The notes beneath the pieces are model-generated. The model searched no databases, had not been told where the DNA came from, and saw nothing but the letters and a program-made list of their open reading frames with translations. DNA of 64,000 nt from Williopsis jadinii (lineage: Eukaryota): the NCBI GenBank assembly GCA_024346625.1, contig AP024664.1, positions 4,216,001 through 4,280,000 of the forward strand, given 5' to 3'. Positions 22,630 through 32,426 of the stretch are shown here, piece by piece; positions within the stretch are counted from its first letter, which is position 1, and the number at the start of each line of letters is the position of its first letter. Both the position numbers and the translations under genes were made by a program.

Positions 22630-23821
22630 ATGGTAGGCAGGAGCCATCTGATTGGTCAGTTTCCCGATTTCTGAAGAGCTCCGGCTATGCTGTCAATGGT
22701 GCCTGTGAAGCACTAGCATTTCAGCTCTTCAGATACCACGTGACCTTTCCTTTGAGATGGTAATTGCATCGAACTCGACCTGGACGTGAGTGTAGCCTGA
22801 TACTTACAGTCCAGATCACTGTACTGTTCGCATGGTGATATCGTTACCATCAATCAACGCCACTTGGACGAACATTAGTGGGACAGGTACCCAGATATCC
22901 AAGTTATGGTAATATGACTTTCTTCTGTACGAGGACTTTTATATCACTGTTGATATGTTTTATTCTCAGATGAGTGGGAGAGCCAGAGAACATGTCGGGA
23001 GTTTGTGTCATGTTTCATCCGGACACCTCATGTAGAGCTTCTATGATTCTTCAGCTTTGTATGGACTATTGGCTGTATTCATGATGCTGAGTGTGTCGTT
23101 GTATTGAGCCAGATCTGATCACCATGAAATCTCTTTATCCATGTGTATTATTGGTGAACTGAATGGAACAACTAGGTTGGTTCTGTCTATAGATGTTGCT
23201 ATCCCGTTGTACGGAGATTAGAGCTACATTCGCTTATATCTGGGGAAGAATAACACACCAATGAGGGAAGTTATAGGCACTCTTGAGGTGTGCAAATGGT
23301 TCGTATACACCTTCTTCCAATACACGATACTCATCATTCGCTTAATTAGTGGTTTCCATCCCTCACTAGGCCACCCCTTCACATTAATCCCAACCGTTAA
23401 GCAGCCAAAGTCGACGTTGCTTATTGGTGATCAACCACAACAATAGACCCTATAAAATACATCTGAAAACAAACAGTAGAATTGGAACCATATAGCAACA
23501 GTTATCATGCCATTTTGGTGAGTAGGAAACTTGCCATTACGCCCTGGTTCTGCAAACATCGAGAACCCACACAACACCTCCACTGGCCAATTCCGTTGCT
23601 TTGTCGAACCGGCGGCAATGCCGCCGGTCTATTGCATCCGTCGGCATCCCCGTCGGAACCTCCCCCAACGGTACCGTAGCAACTGTACTTGTGTCATTGT
23701 GGTTGTTTACGCCTTTTGTTGATCTGAAACTATTTAAAATGGCTCCTGGATCCTTCCAATTGAAGCTGTTCCAACATGGCACACCATAGATCACACAGAC
23801 CCTTCAATAGAACAAGACACA

Positions 23822-24964
23822 ATGCTCACAGTCCACCCACTTAAAGACGCTCCATTCGGTGCCACTATCGAATTGCCAAAGGACATAACTGATCCTTCTG
23901 AGCTCAACGATGAGGACTTCAAGAAGCTTCACGATGCGCTTCATGAATACTCAGTTCTTGTTATTCCAAACCAGAAAGATTTGGCGCCTCGCTCGCAATG
24001 GCTGCTCACAGCCCGTTTGGACCCAACCACTGATATCAACGGCAAGTCGTATGGTCACGGCAAGGAGTTTAGACATGCCAAGTCTGTGTTGGCTAAAGAT
24101 GGTACTTCCATTCCAGGTCAGCCACAAGTACAAGTGTTGGGCCAAGGCAAATGGGAAGCCGGTCATCACGGATTGGGAGAGATTGAGTTGACACACCCAA
24201 CACACTTCACTTTCCATAAGTCATTGCTTAGCGATGAAGAGGTTGCCGCAGGGCAGACCAGATACTACAGATGGCACATCGATTCTGCTCTCTACGGGTT
24301 GTCTCCGCCTGTTGCCACGACGCTCTTGGGAATCCACGTCCCACCTCATGAGAGAACCTTGAAAGTGGTTTATGAGGACACCAAGGAGGAGAAGGAGGTG
24401 ACGCAAGGTGCCACGGCTTTTGTCAGTGGTAAGATGGCCTTTGACCAGTTGAGTGAGGAGGACAAGGAGCTTGCACTGAACACCACCGTCGTCTATGCGC
24501 CACACCCATACATCTTCATCTCCCCGGCAAAAGCCACCAGCGACGGATTGACCATGGTGTCCGAGGGCAAGGAGATGGCCCTCGATGAGCTCCCTGAGTG
24601 GGAGGAGTCCAAGGTTAAGCGACTACCATTGGTTTGGACCAACCCTGTTACCGGCAACCACCACCTTCAAGTGCACGGCTGTTGTATCTGGGCGTTGGAG
24701 AGATCCAACGGCGAGGTTGTCCCCTTGGAGAAGGCCAGGGAGGAGGTCTACAGACTCATGAGACCGGCAATCGCCCCAGAGAACGTCTACGCGCACAGCT
24801 GGGACGAGGGCGACTTGGTGATCTTCCACAACAGAGGTGTCTGGCACGCAGTGACAGGACAGTTCGCCGAGGGCGAGAGAAGATTGATGCACCAGTGCAA
24901 CATTGCTAGCGGAGCAGACCCTGTGTGTGTCCGCGAGCCTAGCGTTGAAGTGAAGCACAACTGA
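23822..24964 (+). CDS. xanA: TauD-family Fe(II)/alpha-ketoglutarate dioxygenase, XanA-like xanthine dioxygenase
   Basis: RYYRWHIDSALY (HxD), PPVATTL, GATAFVSG, WDEGDLVIFHNRGVWHAVTG, RLMHQCNIA. Confidence 0.8.
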   Translation: MLTVHPLKDAPFGATIELPKDITDPSELNDEDFKKLHDALHEYSVLVIPNQKDLAPRSQWLLTARLDPTTDINGKSYGHGKEFRHAKSVLAKDGTSIPGQPQVQVLGQGKWEAGHHGLGEIELTHPTHFTFHKSLLSDEEVAAGQTRYYRWHIDSALYGLSPPVATTLLGIHVPPHERTLKVVYEDTKEEKEVTQGATAFVSGKMAFDQLSEEDKELALNTTVVYAPHPYIFISPAKATSDGLTMVSEGKEMALDELPEWEESKVKRLPLVWTNPVTGNHHLQVHGCCIWALERSNGEVVPLEKAREEVYRLMRPAIAPENVYAHSWDEGDLVIFHNRGVWHAVTGQFAEGERRLMHQCNIASGADPVCVREPSVEVKHN

Positions 24965-25068
24965 TGTGTCTACCACCTCTGCCACCCCTTCCTCTCTGTT
25001 AAATACTACTAGTCTAATGTTCATATCCCTCTCCCTTCCCATTGCCGTAGGTAAACATGTGGCATGTA

Positions 25069-25098
25069 ACACCCGCACACCCGCACACCCGCACATTT
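25069..25098 (+). repeat. ACACCCGC x3.4, telomere-like, overlapping Rap1-type sites
   Basis: ACACCCGCACACCCGCACACCCGCACATTT fits the Rap1 consensus ACACCCRYACAY. Confidence 0.65.
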
Positions 25099-25340
25099 CC
25101 AGATAATCCCGCCATTACGTCATCCGTTCGCCTAACTAGGCAATTTCCCCAATCAGGCCATTTCGATCTGTTTATTTGTTTTTGTGTCCTCACTCTCCCA
25201 GCGCTTCCTACATTTTTTACTTTTCTTTTTCTCTCTTCGCTCTGCTCCTCTAAACGAATCCAAACATCAACAGATTTTTGAACCCTGCGATTGTTTACTT
25301 CTCCTCAGCGGCTACACAGAAGCAGAGAGAAAGAATCCTA

Positions 25341-27251
25341 ATGCCGCTGCACTCGCTGTTTGTGCTGAGACACGCGCAGAGGGCAGATAAGGTGGCGTCC
25401 ACGGTGTCTTCGATAGAGATTGGGTATAACTATGGCGGTGGTGGTGATGATGGTGGGGGTATTGGCGGTGAGTTCTGTGATGGGTTCGACGTGTACAACC
25501 CTGGGCTGGCGACGTTTGCGAGCACGCGTGGGAAGAGCAACAACGGGGTGAGCCAGTCCAACGTGCTCGGGGCGAAGCTGTTCAACTACCTGAACGATCA
25601 CGTGCGGTGCGACGACGGCGGGTGTGTCAGGCTGCGCCTGCACACCTCTCCCTACGTGAGATGCCTGGAGACTGTGAAGTATATGCTTGATTTCCTTGTG
25701 AAGCAGGAGATCAGGTCGCCGGTGGAGTGCACGGTGTCTGTGGATCACGTTCTGAGCGAATGGCTGAACACGGATCTCGACATCAACCATTTCCCGCCGA
25801 ACGATAACGGCGAGACGTTGATGAACACTGCGATCCAGTATTTGCACTCGAACCTGCCCTTCAATGCCAACTCGATGGTCAGCTTGAGGCTGGACCTGAC
25901 TGATCCTTATAGGCACGGGAACCCTGGTGCGTTCAGCGAAAGCTTTATACACCAGTACTCGAGGTTGAGCCATGGACTGGCGTCCATGGTTAAAAGCTGT
26001 GTCAAGGATCAGCAGGATGGCCAAAACGACAACGAGATCTTGATCTTGATGACACATGGCGCTTGTGTACGGTCTCTTGTTTCCAAACTGATGGGGAAAT
26101 CGCTCTTCGTGGAGATCCCGCTGGGGTCTGCAACGCTGGCTAGACCTGTGGAGATGAAGGGATCGCTCTTCTATTGGAGACTGGTTGAGACCGATATCCC
26201 ATTCCGTGGATCTAGAGATTTCAAACCTGTTGATTTGTTTTCTCATAGGGATCCATTCCAAGATGTCCAGACGACTTTTAACCACCAGAAACAGCTGGAC
26301 TTTAAGAGTTCGATGGTTGTGCCTGCGTCCAAAACGGGGAACTTCAACAGGTTAAGATCACAGTCGTTGCTGAACCCAAAGGTGAAAACTGACAGAGATA
26401 GTGATTCGGATACTGACGATGAAGGGTTGAGCTTTAGCGTTGGAAGAAGATCCATGTCTCCGGACTTTATGGATATACACAGACATAGAAGATTTAGATC
26501 GAGTTCTTTATTCGGCGACAAAAACCCTGCTGACCAACTGAGACAACAGAATACGCAGGTGTCTTCTGTTTATTCCAAGAAGAACTCATTTGAAAGAACA
26601 AAGAGATTGTTGAAGGAAGAGAAGGAGCAACTGGATAGGCCGAGAAGAACTGTCGCCATTACACCAGTTGCCTCTTCCAATAATCTAGCATCAATGATGC
26701 AACAATCACATAGAAATGAACATAAGTATAGTTGGTCGAACATTGACATTGATGATGGAAAATATACAGACAGTGGGACCACAGTTCCCGATTTGGAGGA
26801 GTTCTTCTCCTCAAATAATTCCAGTGCAAACAGTTTGGTTATGAAAGATGATGGCTTGAACAATCTCAAAGCTGATTCTTTGGAATTAAAGGGTGATGGT
26901 ATTGAAACCATGAATAACGGTTCAACTGCGACCTTGATCCAGGATTCAGATAATAACAATTTGTTTGATAAGGAATTGATTGAAAGAAGCTTAAAGGAGC
27001 ATAAGTCGACAGAACTATCCAAACCAGATATGAAATCACCATCGCCATCTGACTGGGTTATGAATTTCAGTGGGAAGAAAGACTCACATTTGAAGATGAA
27101 CATACCAAACGATAGTGTACCGAAGTTCAAGGTTGATCTGTACGGGAAGAAGAACCGTAACAATTTGAACACGTTATCATTGTACGACAACGATGACGAT
27201 TATGAAGAGGAATCCAGCACCGGTTGGTTCTTGGGTTCTAACAGATACTGA
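25341..27251 (+). CDS. Histidine phosphatase (phosphoglycerate mutase-like) family protein with long disordered C-terminus
   Basis: LFVLRHAQRAD, HTSPYVRCLET, LSEW, ILMTHGA motifs. First ATG at 25341. Confidence 0.8.
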   Translation: MPLHSLFVLRHAQRADKVASTVSSIEIGYNYGGGGDDGGGIGGEFCDGFDVYNPGLATFASTRGKSNNGVSQSNVLGAKLFNYLNDHVRCDDGGCVRLRLHTSPYVRCLETVKYMLDFLVKQEIRSPVECTVSVDHVLSEWLNTDLDINHFPPNDNGETLMNTAIQYLHSNLPFNANSMVSLRLDLTDPYRHGNPGAFSESFIHQYSRLSHGLASMVKSCVKDQQDGQNDNEILILMTHGACVRSLVSKLMGKSLFVEIPLGSATLARPVEMKGSLFYWRLVETDIPFRGSRDFKPVDLFSHRDPFQDVQTTFNHQKQLDFKSSMVVPASKTGNFNRLRSQSLLNPKVKTDRDSDSDTDDEGLSFSVGRRSMSPDFMDIHRHRRFRSSSLFGDKNPADQLRQQNTQVSSVYSKKNSFERTKRLLKEEKEQLDRPRRTVAITPVASSNNLASMMQQSHRNEHKYSWSNIDIDDGKYTDSGTTVPDLEEFFSSNNSSANSLVMKDDGLNNLKADSLELKGDGIETMNNGSTATLIQDSDNNNLFDKELIERSLKEHKSTELSKPDMKSPSPSDWVMNFSGKKDSHLKMNIPNDSVPKFKVDLYGKKNRNNLNTLSLYDNDDDYEEESSTGWFLGSNRY

Positions 27252-27507
27252 GAACCCTCGAGGTGCCACATTTGAGAAGAGGGAAGAAAGAAAGAGAGAA
27301 AAATAAAAGGCTAATAATTTTATTGCTGTTGGGTTATATGATATATTTTAGTCATGGGGTTTAAATTATAATGACGAAAAGGAGAGGTCTGGTTGATTTA
27401 TATACAGTTGTTTTACTTGTTTGGTGTTTTGTATTTTGTTAATAAAGTATTTCATGTGTAATTACAACGGTCGTTGATCAGAATAAATAATATGGACAGG
27501 AGGTTCA

Positions 27508-28632
27508 TCAGTTGAGCATCTTCTCCAATAAAGCCCAGTCTCTGTTGACCTTTACTGGGATGACACATTTATCCAACTCTTGTTGAGCTTGGTTCTTCAA
27601 GTCATCATCACCAATCTTCTCGTATAGCTTAACCAGGTTTTGTAGAGATTGCTTCGTGATTGTTGCACTGAATGGGTCAAACTTGCTGTTAATTCTTGCC
27701 TCTTTGAAAGAGTCACGACACCATTCGATCGCCTGATTGGTTAAGCCTTGAGAATACAATATCTCACCAACGTAGTTCTTCAGCAGAGATCTATTGGCCT
27801 CAACAAAGCCCTCTGGTTTGTCGTGTTCTGTCACTTGTAACAGGTTTAAGAAGATCTCCAGAGCCTTTGTGTACTGCTTCTCCTTTGTATAAACAACACC
27901 AAGGTCCAATAACGAATGGAACAGCTCATTTGGCACATTGGAGTCCTTCGAAAGCGTTAGAGATCCATGCTGAACGAATCTAACACCATCTTCATAGTAT
28001 TCGTTGAACCTAACCGCATCCAACAGATAAAACTCGGCTGGTTGGACCTCACCCTTTTGCAGGTCCAGTTTCGAGGCCAGGCGAAGCATCTGAGACTTCA
28101 AATGTCTGGAGCCTTTGTCCATTGGTAAATTTATTGAGTATTGGCAGAGCTTCCAGCTGTTCTCAAAATCACCATTTTCACCTTTTATGAGGGCCAATCT
28201 CATAACCAAGTCCAAATATCTCGACTTGAACTCATCAGATTTATGATCATTCAGCTGATCAGCCGTCAATAGCTTGAACAGCCTTGGATTACTTTCATCT
28301 TCTGGCTGTTCGATGCCTTCATCCTGGCCAATGGCCTTCAAGCAGTAGATAATACTCATCTCCGCATTGGTGTCATCGCCAGTCTCTTGAAGATAAACAC
28401 CCAATCTTCCCAAGCATTTGGAATAAAGAGACCACGAAGAGCACATCGGCTGCCACTGATCAACGTACCACTTACCACCAAAGTATCCCACAGTACCACA
28501 AGCAGCGGCCCCGGCGTAGAAGATGGCTATACCTTTCAATATGGAACGGGATTGTCTTAAGTAGAACTCAGTCCACGTTCTGCTCAAAGGCGCAGTTCTG
28601 TGAAGATGTCTAACGAACTGGAATCTGGCCAT
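27508..28632 (-). CDS. Mitochondrial inner-membrane TPR protein, Mgr3/Rci50-like
   Basis: Arg-rich presequence (MARFQFVRHLHRTAPLS), one transmembrane segment, TPR-like helices (LGVVYTKEKQYTKALEIF). Confidence 0.55.
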   Translation of the reverse strand: MARFQFVRHLHRTAPLSRTWTEFYLRQSRSILKGIAIFYAGAAACGTVGYFGGKWYVDQWQPMCSSWSLYSKCLGRLGVYLQETGDDTNAEMSIIYCLKAIGQDEGIEQPEDESNPRLFKLLTADQLNDHKSDEFKSRYLDLVMRLALIKGENGDFENSWKLCQYSINLPMDKGSRHLKSQMLRLASKLDLQKGEVQPAEFYLLDAVRFNEYYEDGVRFVQHGSLTLSKDSNVPNELFHSLLDLGVVYTKEKQYTKALEIFLNLLQVTEHDKPEGFVEANRSLLKNYVGEILYSQGLTNQAIEWCRDSFKEARINSKFDPFSATITKQSLQNLVKLYEKIGDDDLKNQAQQELDKCVIPVKVNRDWALLEKMLN

Positions 28633-28960
28633 TCTTCTGTTTGTAAAGTAAGGTATATACGGGCAAAGAGTCGAATCAGATAGGATAAAGAGAATAAGAA
28701 AGGAAGGTGGAGGACAGAAAGTGGAAGTGAGCATTAATTGAAAGTATGGGCAATCAAAAAGTGATGTCCGGGTGTATGATTATATAGTCAGTCACGTGTA
28801 AGATAGGGTTATATCACGTGGTTTTCTTCTTAAGCTCTACAAAATGGCATCTAATCATGGTTGCTACTACGGTGAAGTAGTCACATCACCTTGTTAGAAA
28901 GTCACATAAATACATATCTTCACATTCAGCGAGATCGACTGACCTAAAAAGACGATCGTT

Positions 28961-29779
28961 TCATTGATGAATTCCGTACTGAGCCCTCAACTCATCAACG
29001 TCTTTATCCATGACTCTTTCCCAAGGTACAGTTATCAAAGAAGTGGCACTTAGTCCATTTAAGAAGCTGTCAATCATATTGACCTTGGCCTTTCTCTTAG
29101 AGCTCAGTTTGAAGTACGCAAAGCACGCCAGCCCTGTCATTGGTAACCCTGTGTTGCCAAATTCGAACGCCTTAACCGGTAGCTCTCCAGCAAGGTCAAC
29201 TTTACAACCCGTCAGGATATGAACAATGTCATGCATTTGACGGTATCTCAAGAAAACGTAGCTCAGCTCCTCGTCCTGGATAAATCTAACAGGAGCTCTG
29301 TCGTCATTATCAGCAGTGAATTTGGCGTATTGTGCGCCCAAAGTATTTGGAGGAAGCGATTTCAACCAATTGACATCCAGCTCCTTCGACGTGAGCTGGG
29401 GTCTTTCACGTAGTATACGACGGCCTTCTCTGGTGGAAAGCATCTGGTCCTTCAGAGACTTCAAAACACATTCAAAGGCAGAAACCTCTCCAAAGTTGTT
29501 GATGTTTGCACCATTCTCATGGTGCAACAGAGCTTGAATTCCAGAGATTATAAACATCAGTGACCTTTCACTGTCTGAGATGAGAATTCTACCATCAGGA
29601 GTCCTCTCTGGAAACGTCACCTTAGTGGTTGTCTGCTCAGAAGCCGACGTTTCTGGGTCATAAGTAGGATCTTGGAACTGATCAACATCTCTGATGGTCT
29701 TGAACCATTTCGACTGTGACAAAAACGCCAAAGATGGAAGGATAAGTCCTCGACGTTGCGATCTAAATGGTGAGAGCAT
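28961..29779 (-). CDS. COQ4: Ubiquinone biosynthesis protein Coq4
   Basis: EGRRILRERP, LPPNTLG, RYRQMHDIVH...GE (HDxxH-x11-E), NTGLPM; adjacent to RAV2. Confidence 0.93.
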   Translation of the reverse strand: MLSPFRSQRRGLILPSLAFLSQSKWFKTIRDVDQFQDPTYDPETSASEQTTTKVTFPERTPDGRILISDSERSLMFIISGIQALLHHENGANINNFGEVSAFECVLKSLKDQMLSTREGRRILRERPQLTSKELDVNWLKSLPPNTLGAQYAKFTADNDDRAPVRFIQDEELSYVFLRYRQMHDIVHILTGCKVDLAGELPVKAFEFGNTGLPMTGLACFAYFKLSSKRKAKVNMIDSFLNGLSATSLITVPWERVMDKDVDELRAQYGIHQ

Positions 29780-29948
29780 TCTGCTTGGTTCTTAGCCTCT
29801 TCTTCCTCCGTGCTTCGTGCCTCAATGTTGGTGCTTATTGCTTCCAATATTGAACCCCGAGGGAGAGTAATTTCGTGAAAAGCAAATACGTCCAGACTCG
29901 AAGGCTCGTACAAATCACACCACCATACCGGAACGTATACGATAAGAG

Positions 29949-30926
29949 ATGTCTGCTTCTCTCTATCCACCTATACCACCAGAGAAATATGTGGAATTGG
30001 AACTTCTGAATGCTGCGAGCGATCAAACGTGGCTTGTTGACTCGGTGATAAAGCCAGAATTGCCTCAAGTGATAGAGACCTTGACACGATGTCTTGAGAT
30101 GATCACTTCAAGCACCCAGCCAATCAAGTTAGCATTGACTTCTTCGAGAACCGAACAAGCAAAGGGGGTGATCACCAGGATTGGCGATGAGATTGTGGAT
30201 TTGGACGTTACGCTGTCGCTGAACACTTTTAGCAAGAAGCTCCGTCTCAAGATGAAACCTCAGTGCCACCTACAACTATTACAATGGACAGAGTTGATAA
30301 AGCTTGTGAATACTGCTCTAACGGACGTGGTGATCTTACAAGAGTGTGAGCAGTTTGATGAGTTCTTCTCGCAGCTGAACAAAGTGATGGTTTGTCTTGG
30401 GAAGTGTAACACTGCCATAAACAACCCTCACTTTGACGTCTTGTTCCCACAGCATAAGATGGATCTCACTACGGTGTTTGACAGCGATGGGAACCTCTTA
30501 GAACACTATAAGGATAGACTCACGATGGACTTCTTCCTGTTGAATAGTGAGATAACTCTGGAACTCAAGTCGCTAACGACTGTCACGGAAGAACCCTGGA
30601 ACGAGATTGACTCTCAGGGGAATTCCCATGCCGACAGGTTAAGAGACGATCTGAAGCACCATCGGATCCAGTTGAACGATGTGTTGGAGCACGAGAAGCA
30701 TGGGCTATTCTCGCAGATGTTCCACAAGTTCACAGCACACGACTATCTAACAAGAGCTATAACGTTCCACGACAGGGTTGTCATTGAAGTCGAAAAGCTG
30801 TCGATAAACTGTCAAGACCCTGTGCTGCTTGCTGTTGGAGCGAAGCTCAATGGAGTGGAACACCTGATATCAAAGATGTACAAGAACCTAGACCTTGTTA
30901 TGATGTCCTTGGATCAAAAGAAGTGA
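29949..30926 (+). CDS. RAV2: RAVE complex subunit Rav2 (Rogdi family)
   Basis: WLVDSVIKPELP, KGVITR, CQDPVLLAVGAKLNGVEH; lies between COQ4 and SPC19. Confidence 0.88.
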   Translation: MSASLYPPIPPEKYVELELLNAASDQTWLVDSVIKPELPQVIETLTRCLEMITSSTQPIKLALTSSRTEQAKGVITRIGDEIVDLDVTLSLNTFSKKLRLKMKPQCHLQLLQWTELIKLVNTALTDVVILQECEQFDEFFSQLNKVMVCLGKCNTAINNPHFDVLFPQHKMDLTTVFDSDGNLLEHYKDRLTMDFFLLNSEITLELKSLTTVTEEPWNEIDSQGNSHADRLRDDLKHHRIQLNDVLEHEKHGLFSQMFHKFTAHDYLTRAITFHDRVVIEVEKLSINCQDPVLLAVGAKLNGVEHLISKMYKNLDLVMMSLDQKK

Positions 30927-30958
30927 ATTGAATACTAACAATAATGGTGATCTGTATA

Positions 30959-31435
30959 CTAGTTTTTAGAATTGATCAGGAAGCTCTGTTTCCTCTGCTT
31001 GAGATTGATGCTCGAGAGCTTATACTTCAACCGATCTTTCTTCAGCCTCAACTGCCTCAGCTGCTCTAGCTCCTCAGGTGTTCCCTGGATGGAAACCTCT
31101 TCAGATTTGAACTTACTTATACGAATATCGTTCAGCTGTCTCTTACTCTGTAGATTGGCGTTCTTCCTCTCCAGTTTGGACAGCTTCAGCTTCGACCGCT
31201 CCATCAGTGCCATTATACGAGGCTCAACTTCCTCGCTGAGTGATTTCTTCGCCATTAACACGTCAGTCTCGGGTACCAGGGTGAATATCCTTGATTGGTC
31301 TAATATCGTAGTTAGCCTCTGGAAATCATCAACTTGTGAGTCCAAAGAGCTCAGCGATTCACTCAGGAGAGAAACGCACGATGAAAGGGACGTCACACAT
31401 CCTTTTAGCGTCGATTCCATGGGGTAAGAGGCCAT
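30959..31435 (-). CDS. SPC19: DASH/Dam1 complex subunit Spc19
   Basis: LKGCVTSL, DFQRLTTIL, FTLVPE, coiled coil ending in KKDRLKY; synteny. Confidence 0.9.
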   Translation of the reverse strand: MASYPMESTLKGCVTSLSSCVSLLSESLSSLDSQVDDFQRLTTILDQSRIFTLVPETDVLMAKKSLSEEVEPRIMALMERSKLKLSKLERKNANLQSKRQLNDIRISKFKSEEVSIQGTPEELEQLRQLRLKKDRLKYKLSSINLKQRKQSFLINSKN

Positions 31436-31629
31436 TGTGAGCTGCGTTGTTGATATTTGCCACCCAGAGAAGTTTGTTTTGATTTTGTGGTTTGTTTACA
31501 TTTTGGCTTTGTTTTTGTTTTGGTTTTTGGTTTTTGGTTGTCCGCCTCCACGGCAACGGAAAACTACTTCAACTTCGCTTCTCTTTGGCCAATCAGAAAC
31601 CGCCTCCTGAACCGCCTATATCAAGAGCT

Positions 31630-32355
31630 ATGTTTATAGTTGGACTCACTGGTGGAATTGCGTGTGGAAAGTCCACCGTGTCCTCCATTCTGAAGGAAAA
31701 ACATGGCGTTGAGATCATTGATGCCGACGTCATTGCCCGAGAGGTTGTTCAACCAGGTGAATACGCCTACGATCAAATCATCAGCCATTTTGGCCCGTTG
31801 ATTCCAAATCTGATCAATGACGATGACAAATCGTTGAACAGAGCAGCTCTAGGGTCGTTTGTTTTCGGTGATAAATCGCAATTAAAGGTGCTGAATGGGA
31901 TAACTCATCCAGCCGTGAGAAGAAGGATCCTCTATAAGTTGGCTCAAAACTACTTTAAGCCTTTGGTCGTTTTGGACGTGCCTTTGTTATTTGAAAGTGG
32001 GTTGGACAGGCTGTGCAACTTTGTAATAACAGTAGGATGTGCACAGGAAACCCAGCTACAGAGACTATTGGAGAGAAATCCACAGCTAAGTGAAGAAGAA
32101 GCACATCAGAGAATCAACTCACAGCTATCAATGGAGGAAAGAACCAGGAGAGCAGATCATACATTGGATAACTCTGGCTCTCTAGACTCACTAAAGAGTC
32201 AGGTGGAATCTGTCATCGATGAGTTGACTCCAAATTGGTTCAGTTATTTCATCGCAATCTTTCCACCAACATGGTTATCAATGGCAATCTACAACTACTG
32301 GGTTAGAACGAGATTATCTTCATTATCAAAAACATGTAAACCAAAGCAAAGTTGA
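31630..32355 (+). CDS. CAB5: Dephospho-CoA kinase
   Basis: MFIVGLTGGIACGKSTV, IIDADVIAREVV, LDVPLLFE. ATG at 31630. Confidence 0.95.
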   Translation: MFIVGLTGGIACGKSTVSSILKEKHGVEIIDADVIAREVVQPGEYAYDQIISHFGPLIPNLINDDDKSLNRAALGSFVFGDKSQLKVLNGITHPAVRRRILYKLAQNYFKPLVVLDVPLLFESGLDRLCNFVITVGCAQETQLQRLLERNPQLSEEEAHQRINSQLSMEERTRRADHTLDNSGSLDSLKSQVESVIDELTPNWFSYFIAIFPPTWLSMAIYNYWVRTRLSSLSKTCKPKQS

Positions 32356-32426
32356 TTACTACTCACCATTATTTATATGTCAAATTCAAACGGTATACAA
32401 TTCAACATGCAATAGGAATAGGGGAA

